A stretch of 59,946 bases of DNA, filler included. It is 3 parts of 3 records of this genome, joined end to end, with 100 filler letters (N's around TTAATTAATTAA, not from the genome) between each part and the next. Parts side by side here need not be neighbours in the genome. Positions count along the whole stretch, not along the records: positions 1 to 29,500 come from DRR723986_1307; positions 29,601 to 48,324 come from DRR723986_1313; 1 more part is not named here. The stretch is one strand, 5' to 3'. Positions 28,052-37,990 of the stretch are shown in pieces. The notes beneath the pieces are model-generated. The model was not told where the DNA came from and did no database searches. It saw only the letters and a list, made by a program, of their open reading frames with translations. The position numbers and the translations under genes were made by a program. Numbering within the stretch: the stretch's first letter is position 1; every line of letters starts with the position of its first letter.

Positions 28052-28839
28052 GCGCGATGGGCGCCATCCGACAGGGTTTTTACAAATGCCAAAACCTCTG
28101 CTGTGGATTTGCCTTGCGCCAGTTGGCTGACAATTGCACTGCCGACGACGGCTCCATCTGAAAGGCTGGCGATGGTTTCAGCGCGTTCTGGTGTGTTGAT
28201 GCCAAACCCCACAATAATCGGCAGATCAGTGGCCGCTTTCAGGCGTGCAACTTCAGGCCCTACATCACCAGCCTGTGCCTCCGCTGCACCGGTGATCCCG
28301 GTGATCGAGACATAATACACAAACCCCGAGGTGTTCTGCATGACACGGGGCAGACGCTGATCGTCAGTTGTTGGGGTCGCAAGGCGGATAAAGTTTAGCC
28401 CAGCCGCTTGCGCTGGCAGGCAGAGCTCGTCGTCTTCTTCTGGCGGCAGATCCACAACAATCAAGCCATCAATGCCAGCCGCTTTTGCTGCACTCAGAAA
28501 CGCATCGACGCCCATGGAGTAGATCGGGTTGTAATAGCCCATCAAAACAATCGGGGTTGTGTCATCGGTTTCACGGAACTGGCGCGCCAAATCCAATGTT
28601 TTGTTCAAAGTCATGCCCGCATCCAGGGCGCGCTGCCCCGCCAATTGGATGGTTGGGCCGTCTGCCATTGGGTCGGTAAAAGGCAGGCCAAGCTCAATGA
28701 TGTCAACGCCTGCGCCGGGCAGACCTTTGACCAGCTCCAACGACGTTTCAAAATCCGGGTCACCCGCCATCACATAAGAAACAAAGGCCTTTTTGCCCTT
28801 GGATTTTAGATCTGCGAATTTGGCGTCGATACGGGTCAT
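28048..28839 (-). CDS. trpA: Tryptophan synthase alpha chain
   Basis: [47 protein letters not shown]. Confidence 0.97.
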   Translation of the reverse strand: MTRIDAKFADLKSKGKKAFVSYVMAGDPDFETSLELVKGLPGAGVDIIELGLPFTDPMADGPTIQLAGQRALDAGMTLNKTLDLARQFRETDDTTPIVLMGYYNPIYSMGVDAFLSAAKAAGIDGLIVVDLPPEEDDELCLPAQAAGLNFIRLATPTTDDQRLPRVMQNTSGFVYYVSITGITGAAEAQAGDVGPEVARLKAATDLPIIVGFGINTPERAETIASLSDGAVVGSAIVSQLAQGKSTAEVLAFVKTLSDGAHRA

Positions 28840-29080
28840 GGTCTGCATCCTTTTCGGTTGAGACTGATGTGCAGAAACTTGGCGGGAAAATCAATCCCGG
28901 CTGGGTCCAGATCGTGAGAAGAATGCGCTGAAACCGTACGATAGAGGGGCTGGACTGTACAATTCGCTCTGAATTTCCGGTAAATGGCCGCCTAAGTACC
29001 GATTGAAAGCGCGACCTTGTCTTGCGTCTTAGCCTCTAGCTGCCTAGAAGCAGCCGTCATATGGCTTCAGGAGACCGGCA

Positions 29081-29500
29081 ATGGGCTTTAAAATGGGAAT
29101 CGTGGGTCTGCCCAATGTTGGCAAGTCGACCCTGTTCAACGCGTTGACTAAAACCGCAGCAGCACAGGCGGCGAATTTCCCGTTCTGCACAATCGAACCC
29201 AACGTAGGTGAGGTCGGCGTACCAGATGCGCGCCTTGATAAACTCGCCGCGATTGCGGGATCAAAGCAGATCATTCCAACGCGCATGACTTTTGTGGACA
29301 TTGCTGGCCTCGTCAAAGGCGCGTCCCAAGGCGAAGGCCTGGGCAACCAGTTTCTGGCTAACATTCGGGAAACTGACGCGATTGCGCATGTATTGCGCTG
29401 TTTCGAAGACGGCGATGTGACCCACGTTGATGGCCGCGTGGACCCGGTAGAAGATGCCGAAACCATCGAAACCGAACTGATGCTGGCCGACATTGAAAGC
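29081..29500 (+). CDS. ychF: Redox-regulated ATPase YchF, truncated by the gap
   Basis: [50 protein letters not shown]. Confidence 0.97.
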
Positions 29501-29600
29501 NNNNNNNNNNNNNNNNNNNNNNNNNNNNNNNNNNNNNNNNNNNNTTAATTAATTAANNNNNNNNNNNNNNNNNNNNNNNNNNNNNNNNNNNNNNNNNNNN
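29501..29600. other. Assembly gap with artificial six-frame stop linker
   Basis: N-run containing TTAATTAATTAA. Confidence 0.97.
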
Positions 29601-29601
29601 C

Positions 29602-29709
29602 GAAGAAGAGCTGGTCATGGCCTGCTGCTTTAACCCGCCCGTGACCGGCACCGAAGTGCACCGCGAAGACGGATCTTATGCTCCGGCGGCAAAGCTTGAA
29701 ACCGCCTGA
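29602..29709 (+). CDS. ectC: Ectoine synthase, C-terminal part (not in ORF track)
   Basis: [35 protein letters not shown], matches the EctC FNPP.TG.EVH..DG.Y signature. Confidence 0.85.
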   Translation, partial: EEELVMACCFNPPVTGTEVHREDGSYAPAAKLETA

Positions 29710-29884
29710 AGGCGATACAAACTGGATATAGAGTTCGACTTGTCCAGTATCTTTGTGTCACTTCAAGGCAACGCCCCCTGCCTCAGATAGTTTACCATTG
29801 GGCAGGGTAAAGCTCTGCCATGCTTGGCTTTACCAAGAATGATCTGATCCCTTTTATTGACCCGCAAACATGAAAGAGATGCTC

Positions 29885-30988
29885 TCATCCCTCGTCGGAT
29901 GGAGCATCCGAAAACGTTAAGAGGTTGCGCATTTGTTCGTCCAACCGGGGCTGAACACTGCGCCGCGCCCTTGTAATTTTGGCCCGCTCCTCCAATCGAC
30001 GAGAAAGCGTGTCGATATCGAGATCACGTAATTCCAACCATTGCACCAAAGCGCCTTGATCATGCAGGGCGCGATGTTGACGGAATTCAGAAACCTCGCG
30101 TGCAAGATCGCCCAAGGGAACAGGGCTCGGTGATTGCCGGTCAAGTGCCAGTGCCAGTTCCGCGATCTCAGCATCGGCTCGAACCCGCTCGAATCCCTCG
30201 GGAGAGGCTGCACGCAACCTTTCAAGGGTATCAGGATCGCTCGCGGGACACTCCGAAACGACCTCGGTTAGCAAGGTGTCGAAAGCGTCCGAATGCTGGA
30301 ACTCAAATGGCGCCGCAACTGGCAGCGCACCTGCATCAAAATCAGCTGCGACACGCTCTAAGCAGGCCCGAGCATCAATGTTTTTTTGATCAATTCGCCC
30401 CGTCGACAACCAAACACGAAACCCCTCGGCGGTATCTGGATCAATCTTGGAACACGCTGCTAACAGCGCGTCATAACTCCGGTTTGGATAAAATTCAGCC
30501 TCGGTCATGCGCAGCAACTGGGCCGCAATCTCAGGGCGCAAGATGGCCGTTGTAACGGCCGCGTTAAGGGTCCAACGAATATTCACCAGCGGCTCTGAAA
30601 GGTAAGAATACGCCACTTCCTTTGGCGCGTGGGTCAGCGCAACCTCATCGTCTCTGGTAAGCGTACCATCAACGAAGGCGTCAAAGATTTCCCCAACACC
30701 GACCATCCCGAAACTGTGCAGCTCAGCGGCCCGCAAGGCCCCGGTTGAAGCCGCGCCATAGACGGGAATCCCTGCATCCAGCGACCAAAGGATTTCTTTG
30801 TGATAGACGGCAGGAAACGCCTCAAAGAACCCATCGATCAAAACAATCGCAGCCGGGCGCAAGAGAGCCGCGCGCAACACATCGCCTTGGGCAGCGGGGC
30901 CAAGCCTCTGAATCGGAAGTTTACCTTCCACCTCGCACGGGACCGGCAGCGACGGGCCTGCAAACACGACAATGTTTTCGCCATTCAT
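29885..30988 (-). CDS. tfuA: TfuA-like protein with C-terminal extension
   Basis: VFAGPSL, PAAQGDV, LIDGFF, HKEIL, VYGAASTGALRAAEL, DDEVALTH, LVNIR, FYPNRS, DQKNIDA. Confidence 0.9.
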   Translation of the reverse strand: MNGENIVVFAGPSLPVPCEVEGKLPIQRLGPAAQGDVLRAALLRPAAIVLIDGFFEAFPAVYHKEILWSLDAGIPVYGAASTGALRAAELHSFGMVGVGEIFDAFVDGTLTRDDEVALTHAPKEVAYSYLSEPLVNIRWTLNAAVTTAILRPEIAAQLLRMTEAEFYPNRSYDALLAACSKIDPDTAEGFRVWLSTGRIDQKNIDARACLERVAADFDAGALPVAAPFEFQHSDAFDTLLTEVVSECPASDPDTLERLRAASPEGFERVRADAEIAELALALDRQSPSPVPLGDLAREVSEFRQHRALHDQGALVQWLELRDLDIDTLSRRLEERAKITRARRSVQPRLDEQMRNLLTFSDAPSDEG

Positions 30989-32202
30989 TGGTACGCCCTC
31001 AAGGCCAAAGCCCGCGCGCCCGGTTTATACCCGGGGGCATCAGATGTGCCTTCTAATCCCGGCACCAGAACTCTGACGACTGAGGCCGGAATATCAGCAA
31101 TGGACAAATCCACGACCACAGGGACCCCAAGCCCCGCCCGACTAAGGGCCGCAAGCATACAAGAGAGGGCCTGATCCACCCCCAACACGGGGTGCGTGCA
31201 GATATCAGAAAAACGCCGGAGGGCTGAGCCATCGACGATTTCAGCCCGCTGCGCCTGAAGGGTCGTTGCGCCTCGCATTTTGCGATAAGACGCCCGCGAC
31301 CGATCATCCCGCGCGCCAGAGATCAACGTCAGGCGGCTTTGTGCGGCTTCGGTCAAAGCGCGTGACAGCGCGCTTCCGCGATCTGGATGAGCCCCCGAAC
31401 CCGAGGCGGCGTGCAGGCCCCTACGTGCATCATCGACCCTGTCAACGATGGTGACAAAGAAAGCAGGTATTTCAAGGTCCGATGTCACGTCCCAAATGGC
31501 ACACGCCACGCCTGCCCTGTCGAACCGCGCAAGAAGATCCATGCAGGCGGGATCATCAACCGTGTCGAGGTCCACGCGACGTTCGGACGGACCACTTGGC
31601 TGGTGCCGCCAGAGCGTGATGGCATCTCGCTCGATCGCCTCAGCGAGGGCTTGTGCGACGGCAGCGTCAATACTCATTCCAGCCGCAAGGCCGGTCGAGG
31701 ACATCAAAAAGCAGCCAAGCCGTGGGGGCAATGGCAGCGTATAATTCATGTGGATCACTTCATAAGGCACCCAAACAGGGCGACCCCTACCAACGGGTTT
31801 TCCCTCAGCCCAGAGCGCCGTGCGATCCCTTGGAATCGGCTTGCCTTCTAACAGCGGCAGACGCTCCAGAGGAATGATTTCACCCCCTAAAGACAGCTCA
31901 TTAGCCGTCGCAAGGCGCAAGGGGATCACGGGTGTCTCAGCGCAACTCAGCTCCACCGCTTCCATGATAGCGGAAGTTTTGGCGTCTTCGAGGGTCGCGC
32001 CTTTTCCCTGAGTGATCGCCAGAGACCGGGCATTGGGCCGATGTGCGGCACAGACCGGTATCCCGATGGCATCCAATCCGGTCAGGTCGGCCACCCGCGT
32101 AACACCAATCTTGGGAAGGTGGGGCAAAATCCGATCAAGTACGTCTTTAGATGAAACAGCGTGAAGAGCCGCCACGCGCCCTTGTTCGAATTCTTGCCCC
32201 AT
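30985..32202 (-). CDS. ycaO: YcaO-family protein, TfuA-associated (thioamide-forming) type
   Basis: GVTRVADLTGLDAIGIPV, QGKG, SAIMEAVE, SSTGLAAG..EAIERDA, RALTEAAQSR..ISGARDD, VPGLE; no PxP tail. Confidence 0.9.
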   Translation of the reverse strand: MGQEFEQGRVAALHAVSSKDVLDRILPHLPKIGVTRVADLTGLDAIGIPVCAAHRPNARSLAITQGKGATLEDAKTSAIMEAVELSCAETPVIPLRLATANELSLGGEIIPLERLPLLEGKPIPRDRTALWAEGKPVGRGRPVWVPYEVIHMNYTLPLPPRLGCFLMSSTGLAAGMSIDAAVAQALAEAIERDAITLWRHQPSGPSERRVDLDTVDDPACMDLLARFDRAGVACAIWDVTSDLEIPAFFVTIVDRVDDARRGLHAASGSGAHPDRGSALSRALTEAAQSRLTLISGARDDRSRASYRKMRGATTLQAQRAEIVDGSALRRFSDICTHPVLGVDQALSCMLAALSRAGLGVPVVVDLSIADIPASVVRVLVPGLEGTSDAPGYKPGARALALRAYQ

Positions 32203-32207
32203 TGTCT

Positions 32208-32519
32208 TTAGCTGGGTGACTTTGAACCACGGATGAACTTATGATTTTGCTTCAACCCATCAATGTTCACCAAATAGCAGGTGCCCATCGGCTCCACTTT
32301 TCCCGCCGGCAAATAGTCTGTTGGCGGAATTGTGGCAAGATTTACACCACATTGAAGCAGATCCCTCACGAGCGACCAGCCCTCGTGGTTTTCGTAATCT
32401 TTCGGATCAATTCTATATTCATCTCGATCCCACACATCTCTGGGAATGTGTAGAACTGTCCCATCATCACTTGCGATAATTAGGTCATGACGAAAACCTT
32501 CAAGATCATTATTTGACAT
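32208..32519 (-). CDS. Small 103-aa hypothetical protein, candidate YcaO/TfuA substrate
   Basis: GGAGG RBS before MSNNDLEGFRHDLII...; stop 5 nt before the ycaO ATG. Confidence 0.75.
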   Translation of the reverse strand: MSNNDLEGFRHDLIIASDDGTVLHIPRDVWDRDEYRIDPKDYENHEGWSLVRDLLQCGVNLATIPPTDYLPAGKVEPMGTCYLVNIDGLKQNHKFIRGSKSPS

Positions 32520-32652
32520 CAATTCAATCCTCCAAAATGTATCTGGTTTCAGTAGACCAAAAAAGCGGGCTTGCAACAAGGGTTTCGAAAATACGCTGAT
32601 CCACCCCCTGAAACCGAGCCCTATTCCACCACATTTCAGAGACGTTTTCGGG

Positions 32653-35600
32653 TCATAAAAAGTGAAACTCTCGGGCGGCAGCAATAAGCTCCGCTGACTT
32701 TTCCTTCATATTACCTTCGTCACGTCCGGCGGCCATCGTTGAAATTTCGGCGGCAATACCGCGTATCGCCTTTGGAAGGATTTGTTGACTCGAGTCGATC
32801 ATGCGGGCGCAAAGATCGGGAACTTTGAGAATATCGTTTGCGGATGTGCTGAGTGCAATCAACGGGAGAATTACCGACCACTCGAACGGGTAAGCAATCG
32901 AAGCTTTGTCGAACTCTGCCAAGGCTTCTGCCGCAAAAGAACGAGCTTTCTCAACGGATCCGCGGCGCCAGGCGGCCCAAGACAGGTTGGATTTTGCCAA
33001 GCCCACATATTCATGCATTCCCAACTCAACAGCTAGGGCAATGCTCTCATGCGAGAGCGCCAGCGAGTCAGAGATTTCGCCCATGCGCCTATGGATTGTC
33101 GCCAAATAGGTCATGCAGCGAACTTCGATCTTTCGATGCCCAGAGGCGCGCGCAGAGGCCAAACTGGCATTCATTGCGACACAGGCTTCATTCAGCTGTG
33201 CGCTGTGCAATCTAACAAACCCCTGAATGAACTGAGCCGATGCAATCGTTGCCAGATTGCCAGTCTCCATCGCCGCAGACACATAATCCTTGGCCGTTGT
33301 ATGGGTTTCTTCCGTGGGCGCGTATCGGGACATCCTAAGGTCACGCAACACCAACTGGTCATAGTATTCAGCCCGCTGTTCGGGTGTCATTCGGTCAACC
33401 AAAGGGGCAAGATTGGCCGCAAGCTCCAGCATAGTTTCGCCGTCGCCGCTCCAGTAATGAACATTGAGCCTGTTTAGTTGGATATCAATCCACTCGCACA
33501 GCAACTCTGTATCGTCCTGCCAGTTGGTTTCAATCAAAACACTTTCCGCTATAGCAAGCTCTGCAAGAGATCCATGGCGATCTTGTTGCAGCGCATTGCC
33601 CGCGAGGCGATGAAGTCTTGCAATGCGAAGGACATCGCCCCCAGAAATCTCGGCAGCTTCTCTAAAGGCCGCAACTGCATCCTCAAGGTCGTGCACCAAT
33701 GTCAGGACCGAGCCGAGCTGCTCTAGCAATTCAACGCGGCTTGGCAACGCGCTCGAATTTCCGCCCTCGGTTAAGTCAACTCGGTCAAGGTAGGACAACG
33801 CCGTTTCATAATATGCTTTGGCTTCTGTATTCGCGTAACGGGACCGCGCCAATTCTGCCGCTTGGCAGAAACATCGGGCTGCTTCGGCATGATTGCCCGA
33901 TAATCCCCAATGGTTCCCAAGCACATGCCCGGGCGTGCTTTTTCGGAAACTTGACTTAAGGACCGTGGCAACCCGTGCATGCACCATCGCACGAACAGAA
34001 CGCAGCATGGTTTGATAGGCCGCGTCTCGCATCAGCGCATGTCGGAAAGAATATGTCCCCGGCGTATGGGCCTTGGGCACAATAATTTGCGCCGCTACCA
34101 GCACCCCCAGATTTTCCTGGAGATCTGACTTCGCCTCTTCTATCACCGCTGACAGAGTTTCAAGCGAGAAGTCGCGCCCGATCGCCGCCGCCGTCTGAAG
34201 GATCCGCCTGGATTCAGGATACCTATCGAGACGGGCAATCAACAGCTCGCTCAATGAGGTCGGAATCGCAGAGGTATCCATTGAAACATCCTCGCCCGGT
34301 TTCCGGTCTAGAACTTGTGTTTCAATAAATGACTTTGACAGCTCTTCAGCAAACAAAGGAATTCCGTCTGATCTCTCAATCACCACTTCCAGAACCCGTA
34401 CTGGCAAAGGTTGTACGCCATAAACATTGGCCGCAATCTCGCCGATCGCTTCATTGGAAAGTCGTTTCAGCGCAATACGCCGGATGCGTACGCTGCCTTC
34501 CCAATCTGCCTGAAAATTTGGCCGGCAGGTGAACACCAGCATGACCGGATCAGCTTTAACCACCTCTACCAACCGCCCAAGAAGATCTTTGGTGGTCGGG
34601 TCCACCCAATGCAAATCTTCAAACACAAGCAGGACTTTTTTGCCGCTCACATACCATTTAAGCAATGCAATAAGCGCTTGAAGCGTTACTTCTTTTTGTC
34701 CCTGCGCATCACGCGTCAGATCCGTTTCATTACTGTTTTTTCGAAACCCGATAAGCGCTTCCTGAAGCGAGGCTCTTTTGTTTTGGTCCAGCGTTGTAGA
34801 AGCAAGAAATTCCTCCAATCGATCAACCTCAGTAAGGTCGCCCGATTGAGGCCCCGCAAGGATGCGTGACCAAATATAGGTGTAGATCGGGTAGAGCGCA
34901 TCGTTGGTATGAAAGGGCGAACAATGAAAGCACATAACTCTGCCATCTTGTTCTAAAACTTGGGAAGAAAACTCTTCGATCAACCGCGATTTTCCGATTC
35001 CCGGCTCTCCGGACAGAACCATTGCCTGGCGCTGCTCTTGCCCGATACGACGCCAGGTCTCGTTAAGATCTGCTAGTTCCGCCTTTTGGTTTGTAATTGG
35101 CAGCTTCGTATGAGGATCCCGTTCAAGCCCTGCGAACGTTTCATCAATTATTCCGTCAACACGCCAAACCTTTATCTGCCCCTTGAACCCTTTCAACTTG
35201 TGATCACCCAGATCAAAAAAAGCGAACTTGTTCTCTACAATTTCCTTTGTTTCGTCAGAAATTGCCACGGTCCCCGGATCAGCCATCAACTGAATTCGCG
35301 CAGCTAAGTTCGGGGCACGGCCAACGGCTTGGTCTTCTTCGACATAGGAGTTTCGAATGTGATCGCCGACCACAACGTTCCCTGTAGCAATACCAATGCG
35401 ACAATTCATTTTGTTGCCATGCTGTTTGCTCAGTAATTGCATCGCATCCGTAATCCTAAGGCTAGATCGGATCGCACGCTCAACATCATGTTCATAGGCT
35501 TGTGGCCAGCCAAAATATGCAAGAACTCCATCCCCGAGATATTGTGAGATAAAGCCGCCGTATTCTTCGGTAACCTCGGTGACGACACTTTTAAAATCAC

Positions 35601-35952
35601 TCAATAATGCAGTCAGCTCCTCGACTTCGAGCTGTTCAGACAGCTGCGTCGACCCGACCAGATCAGTGAACACCACAGAAAGCTGGCGCCGTTCCTGACT
35701 TCGCGCATTGGGCTGATGTTCTTTTCTCTTTGCGACATGGCCATTTGCGAAATCGTGGACGTGATCGTGGCGCAAGAATGCGATGGCATCCAAAAGTTGT
35801 CGCCGGTGCCCAACTGATGCAATCCCCAAATCCCGGAGATCCTGTGCCGTAATCGAAGGCAGAATTGAACTGGTGATATCATGCTCGTGGAAAACAGCCG
35901 CATAACGGCTCAACCCAAGCGACCCAAGCCAATCATCAATGTCGATTTCCAT
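32653..35952 (-). CDS. SAM domain - class III nucleotide cyclase - STAND (AAA) ATPase - TPR protein
   Basis: WLGSLGLSRY..F SAM; FTDLVGST, GDG and NLAARIQ cyclase; GEPGIGKSRL; LVFEDLHWVD; GIPLFAEEL; YSFRHALMRDAAY; TPR-like tail. Confidence 0.9.
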   Translation of the reverse strand: MEIDIDDWLGSLGLSRYAAVFHEHDITSSILPSITAQDLRDLGIASVGHRRQLLDAIAFLRHDHVHDFANGHVAKRKEHQPNARSQERRQLSVVFTDLVGSTQLSEQLEVEELTALLSDFKSVVTEVTEEYGGFISQYLGDGVLAYFGWPQAYEHDVERAIRSSLRITDAMQLLSKQHGNKMNCRIGIATGNVVVGDHIRNSYVEEDQAVGRAPNLAARIQLMADPGTVAISDETKEIVENKFAFFDLGDHKLKGFKGQIKVWRVDGIIDETFAGLERDPHTKLPITNQKAELADLNETWRRIGQEQRQAMVLSGEPGIGKSRLIEEFSSQVLEQDGRVMCFHCSPFHTNDALYPIYTYIWSRILAGPQSGDLTEVDRLEEFLASTTLDQNKRASLQEALIGFRKNSNETDLTRDAQGQKEVTLQALIALLKWYVSGKKVLLVFEDLHWVDPTTKDLLGRLVEVVKADPVMLVFTCRPNFQADWEGSVRIRRIALKRLSNEAIGEIAANVYGVQPLPVRVLEVVIERSDGIPLFAEELSKSFIETQVLDRKPGEDVSMDTSAIPTSLSELLIARLDRYPESRRILQTAAAIGRDFSLETLSAVIEEAKSDLQENLGVLVAAQIIVPKAHTPGTYSFRHALMRDAAYQTMLRSVRAMVHARVATVLKSSFRKSTPGHVLGNHWGLSGNHAEAARCFCQAAELARSRYANTEAKAYYETALSYLDRVDLTEGGNSSALPSRVELLEQLGSVLTLVHDLEDAVAAFREAAEISGGDVLRIARLHRLAGNALQQDRHGSLAELAIAESVLIETNWQDDTELLCEWIDIQLNRLNVHYWSGDGETMLELAANLAPLVDRMTPEQRAEYYDQLVLRDLRMSRYAPTEETHTTAKDYVSAAMETGNLATIASAQFIQGFVRLHSAQLNEACVAMNASLASARASGHRKIEVRCMTYLATIHRRMGEISDSLALSHESIALAVELGMHEYVGLAKSNLSWAAWRRGSVEKARSFAAEALAEFDKASIAYPFEWSVILPLIALSTSANDILKVPDLCARMIDSSQQILPKAIRGIAAEISTMAAGRDEGNMKEKSAELIAAAREFHFL

Positions 35953-36151
35953 ACCGTCTCTTACCGCATTTTTCGTCGATGGCACCTGATAGATACGACG
36001 AGGCGCGCCCTTCCCTTACGTCCAATTCCCCATCCACCGAATGTCGCGGCAGGGAATTCATCTTTCAAAATCAGGTGCTAAATAAATACCATTACGAAGC
36101 AATCTCCATTATGATGGCAACTATATCAATATCAAGAGAAAGACAGATATC

Positions 36152-36802
36152 ATGGCCAATTCACTGAATCTTCTTGTTGTGGGGACTGGAAACGTCGCCT
36201 GCGCTCTTGTTCGCCGTTTTGCTGCGACCGATAACACCGTTTCCATCGGGTCGCGCGATGCTGATCGCGGGGCCGAGGTAGGCACCAGCCTTGGTGTCAA
36301 CGGCGGGGCCGCATCAGATCAGGTGAACAACGCGGATGTCATTTTCCTGGCGGTACCGTTTACCGCTCTGGATGAGACCGTAGAAGCGCTCGGTCCTATG
36401 ACGGGCAAGATCGTCGTCGATTGCACAAATCCTTTGACCGAAGACTACCTGGCTTTAACCCACGGCCACACCACATCGGCCGGTGAGCAATGCTTGGCAA
36501 AGCTGCCCGAAGCACGCGTCGTCAAAGGCTTTAATGCCATTTTCGCAGATGTCGTACACACCAACACGCAGTATAACGGCATGAAACCACAGATCTTTCT
36601 TGCGGGCGATGACACCGAGGCCAAAGGCGTTGTGTCGGATCTGGTTCGGGCAATTGACTACGAACCTGTTGACAGCGGTCCAATGAAAAATGCGCGTTAT
36701 GTTGAGCCGCTCGCGGAATTGATTATTCAGCTCGCGTATGTGCAAGGCGAAGGCACCCAGATCACACCGATTATCATGCGCAGTTCCGCTGATCCGGCCT
36801 AG
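36152..36802 (+). CDS. NADPH-dependent F420 reductase-like oxidoreductase
   Basis: VGTGNVA, GSRD, FLAVP, VDCTNPL, VVKGFN, AGDD. Confidence 0.85.
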   Translation: MANSLNLLVVGTGNVACALVRRFAATDNTVSIGSRDADRGAEVGTSLGVNGGAASDQVNNADVIFLAVPFTALDETVEALGPMTGKIVVDCTNPLTEDYLALTHGHTTSAGEQCLAKLPEARVVKGFNAIFADVVHTNTQYNGMKPQIFLAGDDTEAKGVVSDLVRAIDYEPVDSGPMKNARYVEPLAELIIQLAYVQGEGTQITPIIMRSSADPA

Positions 36803-37034
36803 CGGGTGAAACAATAGAATGCCGGACGATCATTGATACCAAAGGGCTCGTTGATCGTTCGGCTCCGGCCACACTGAGTGAGACGCGGCTCTTCTAACAG
36901 CACCGTCCCGTGGCAACCCGCTCCAGACCTGATCGAAACCCGACATGCGACCCCGAAGCCGTTTGACGGGCGGATGCCAAAACTGTACTCCCTAAAAAAC
37001 AGAAACTTGATTACAAAGGGCAATTCGAACCGCC

Positions 37035-37910
37035 ATGCAGCTGATTTTCCACACTGGCGCACACGCGACTGACGAAGACCGACTGCTCAAGGTTCTGCTG
37101 ACGAACAAACAAGAATTTGCGCAACGGGGCATTGCCGTGCCAGGTCCCGGCAAGTACCGCCCGCTGTTCAAAGACACCTTTACCGCGCTCGAAACCTCGC
37201 CTCCATCAGCGAATGCACGGGATGTTCTGATGGACGCCATTTTGGATGATGAGGTTGCGGACCGAATTCTGATGACGCATCAGCATTTCTTTGGCACGCA
37301 ATGGTCTGCTATTCGCGATGGTGTCTTTTACCCTCTGGCAGGTCCCCGGGTCGCACAGCTCAAACACGTGTTTGAGTTTGATCAAGTCGAAGTCTTTATG
37401 TCGATCCGAAACCCTGCGACGTTTGTTCCGGCGGTGCTGGCAAAAACCGCGCCGAAACGGCAGCAACAGGTCTTGGAAGAGATCGATTTCCTGTCTCTTC
37501 GGTGGTCCGATATGGTTCAGCGCATTCGCGATGACGCGCCGGATGTTCCGCTGACCATCTGGTGTAACGAAGATACGCCGCTGATTTGGGCGCAGATCAT
37601 TCGCGACATGGCGGGGTTGGATCATGGCACCAAGTTCACCGGTGGATTCTCACTACTGTCCGAAATCATGTCCAAAGAAGGCATGAAAAGATTTCGCGCC
37701 TACCTGCATCAGTATCCCGAGATGACCGAGATGCAAAAGCGTCGCGTCATCGCAGCCTTTCTCGATAAATATGCCATCGAAGACGCCGTTGAAGAAGAAC
37801 TGGATCTGCCGGGCTGGACCGAAGAGTTGGTCGATCAACTGACGGAACTCTATGACGAAGATGTCTTTGCCATTCAGCGTATTCCAGGCGTCCAATTTAT
37901 CGAGCCCTGA
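37035..37910 (+). CDS. Conserved hypothetical protein (possibly sulfotransferase-like fold)
   Basis: Long clean ORF; FHTGAHAT resembles the HIGxxKT start; IRNPATF. Confidence 0.7.
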   Translation: MQLIFHTGAHATDEDRLLKVLLTNKQEFAQRGIAVPGPGKYRPLFKDTFTALETSPPSANARDVLMDAILDDEVADRILMTHQHFFGTQWSAIRDGVFYPLAGPRVAQLKHVFEFDQVEVFMSIRNPATFVPAVLAKTAPKRQQQVLEEIDFLSLRWSDMVQRIRDDAPDVPLTIWCNEDTPLIWAQIIRDMAGLDHGTKFTGGFSLLSEIMSKEGMKRFRAYLHQYPEMTEMQKRRVIAAFLDKYAIEDAVEEELDLPGWTEELVDQLTELYDEDVFAIQRIPGVQFIEP

Positions 37911-37990
37911 CTTGGAACGGCAGCGCGCGAACAAAGCTAACACCCACCGATCTGGCCCTGATTGTGCCTACGATACAGAGGGGCTTTGCT

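Noticed and set aside
29501-29600. TTAATTAATTAA inside N-runs (also 48325-48424) as a biological repeat
   Set aside because: Artificial six-frame stop linker used to join contigs; ychF-ectC and kinase-integrase adjacency cannot be trusted
36799-37030. Possible gene remnant on the - strand (NEPFGINDRPAFYCF)
   Set aside because: Could not assign a family; overlaps the next gene's upstream region; needs blastx
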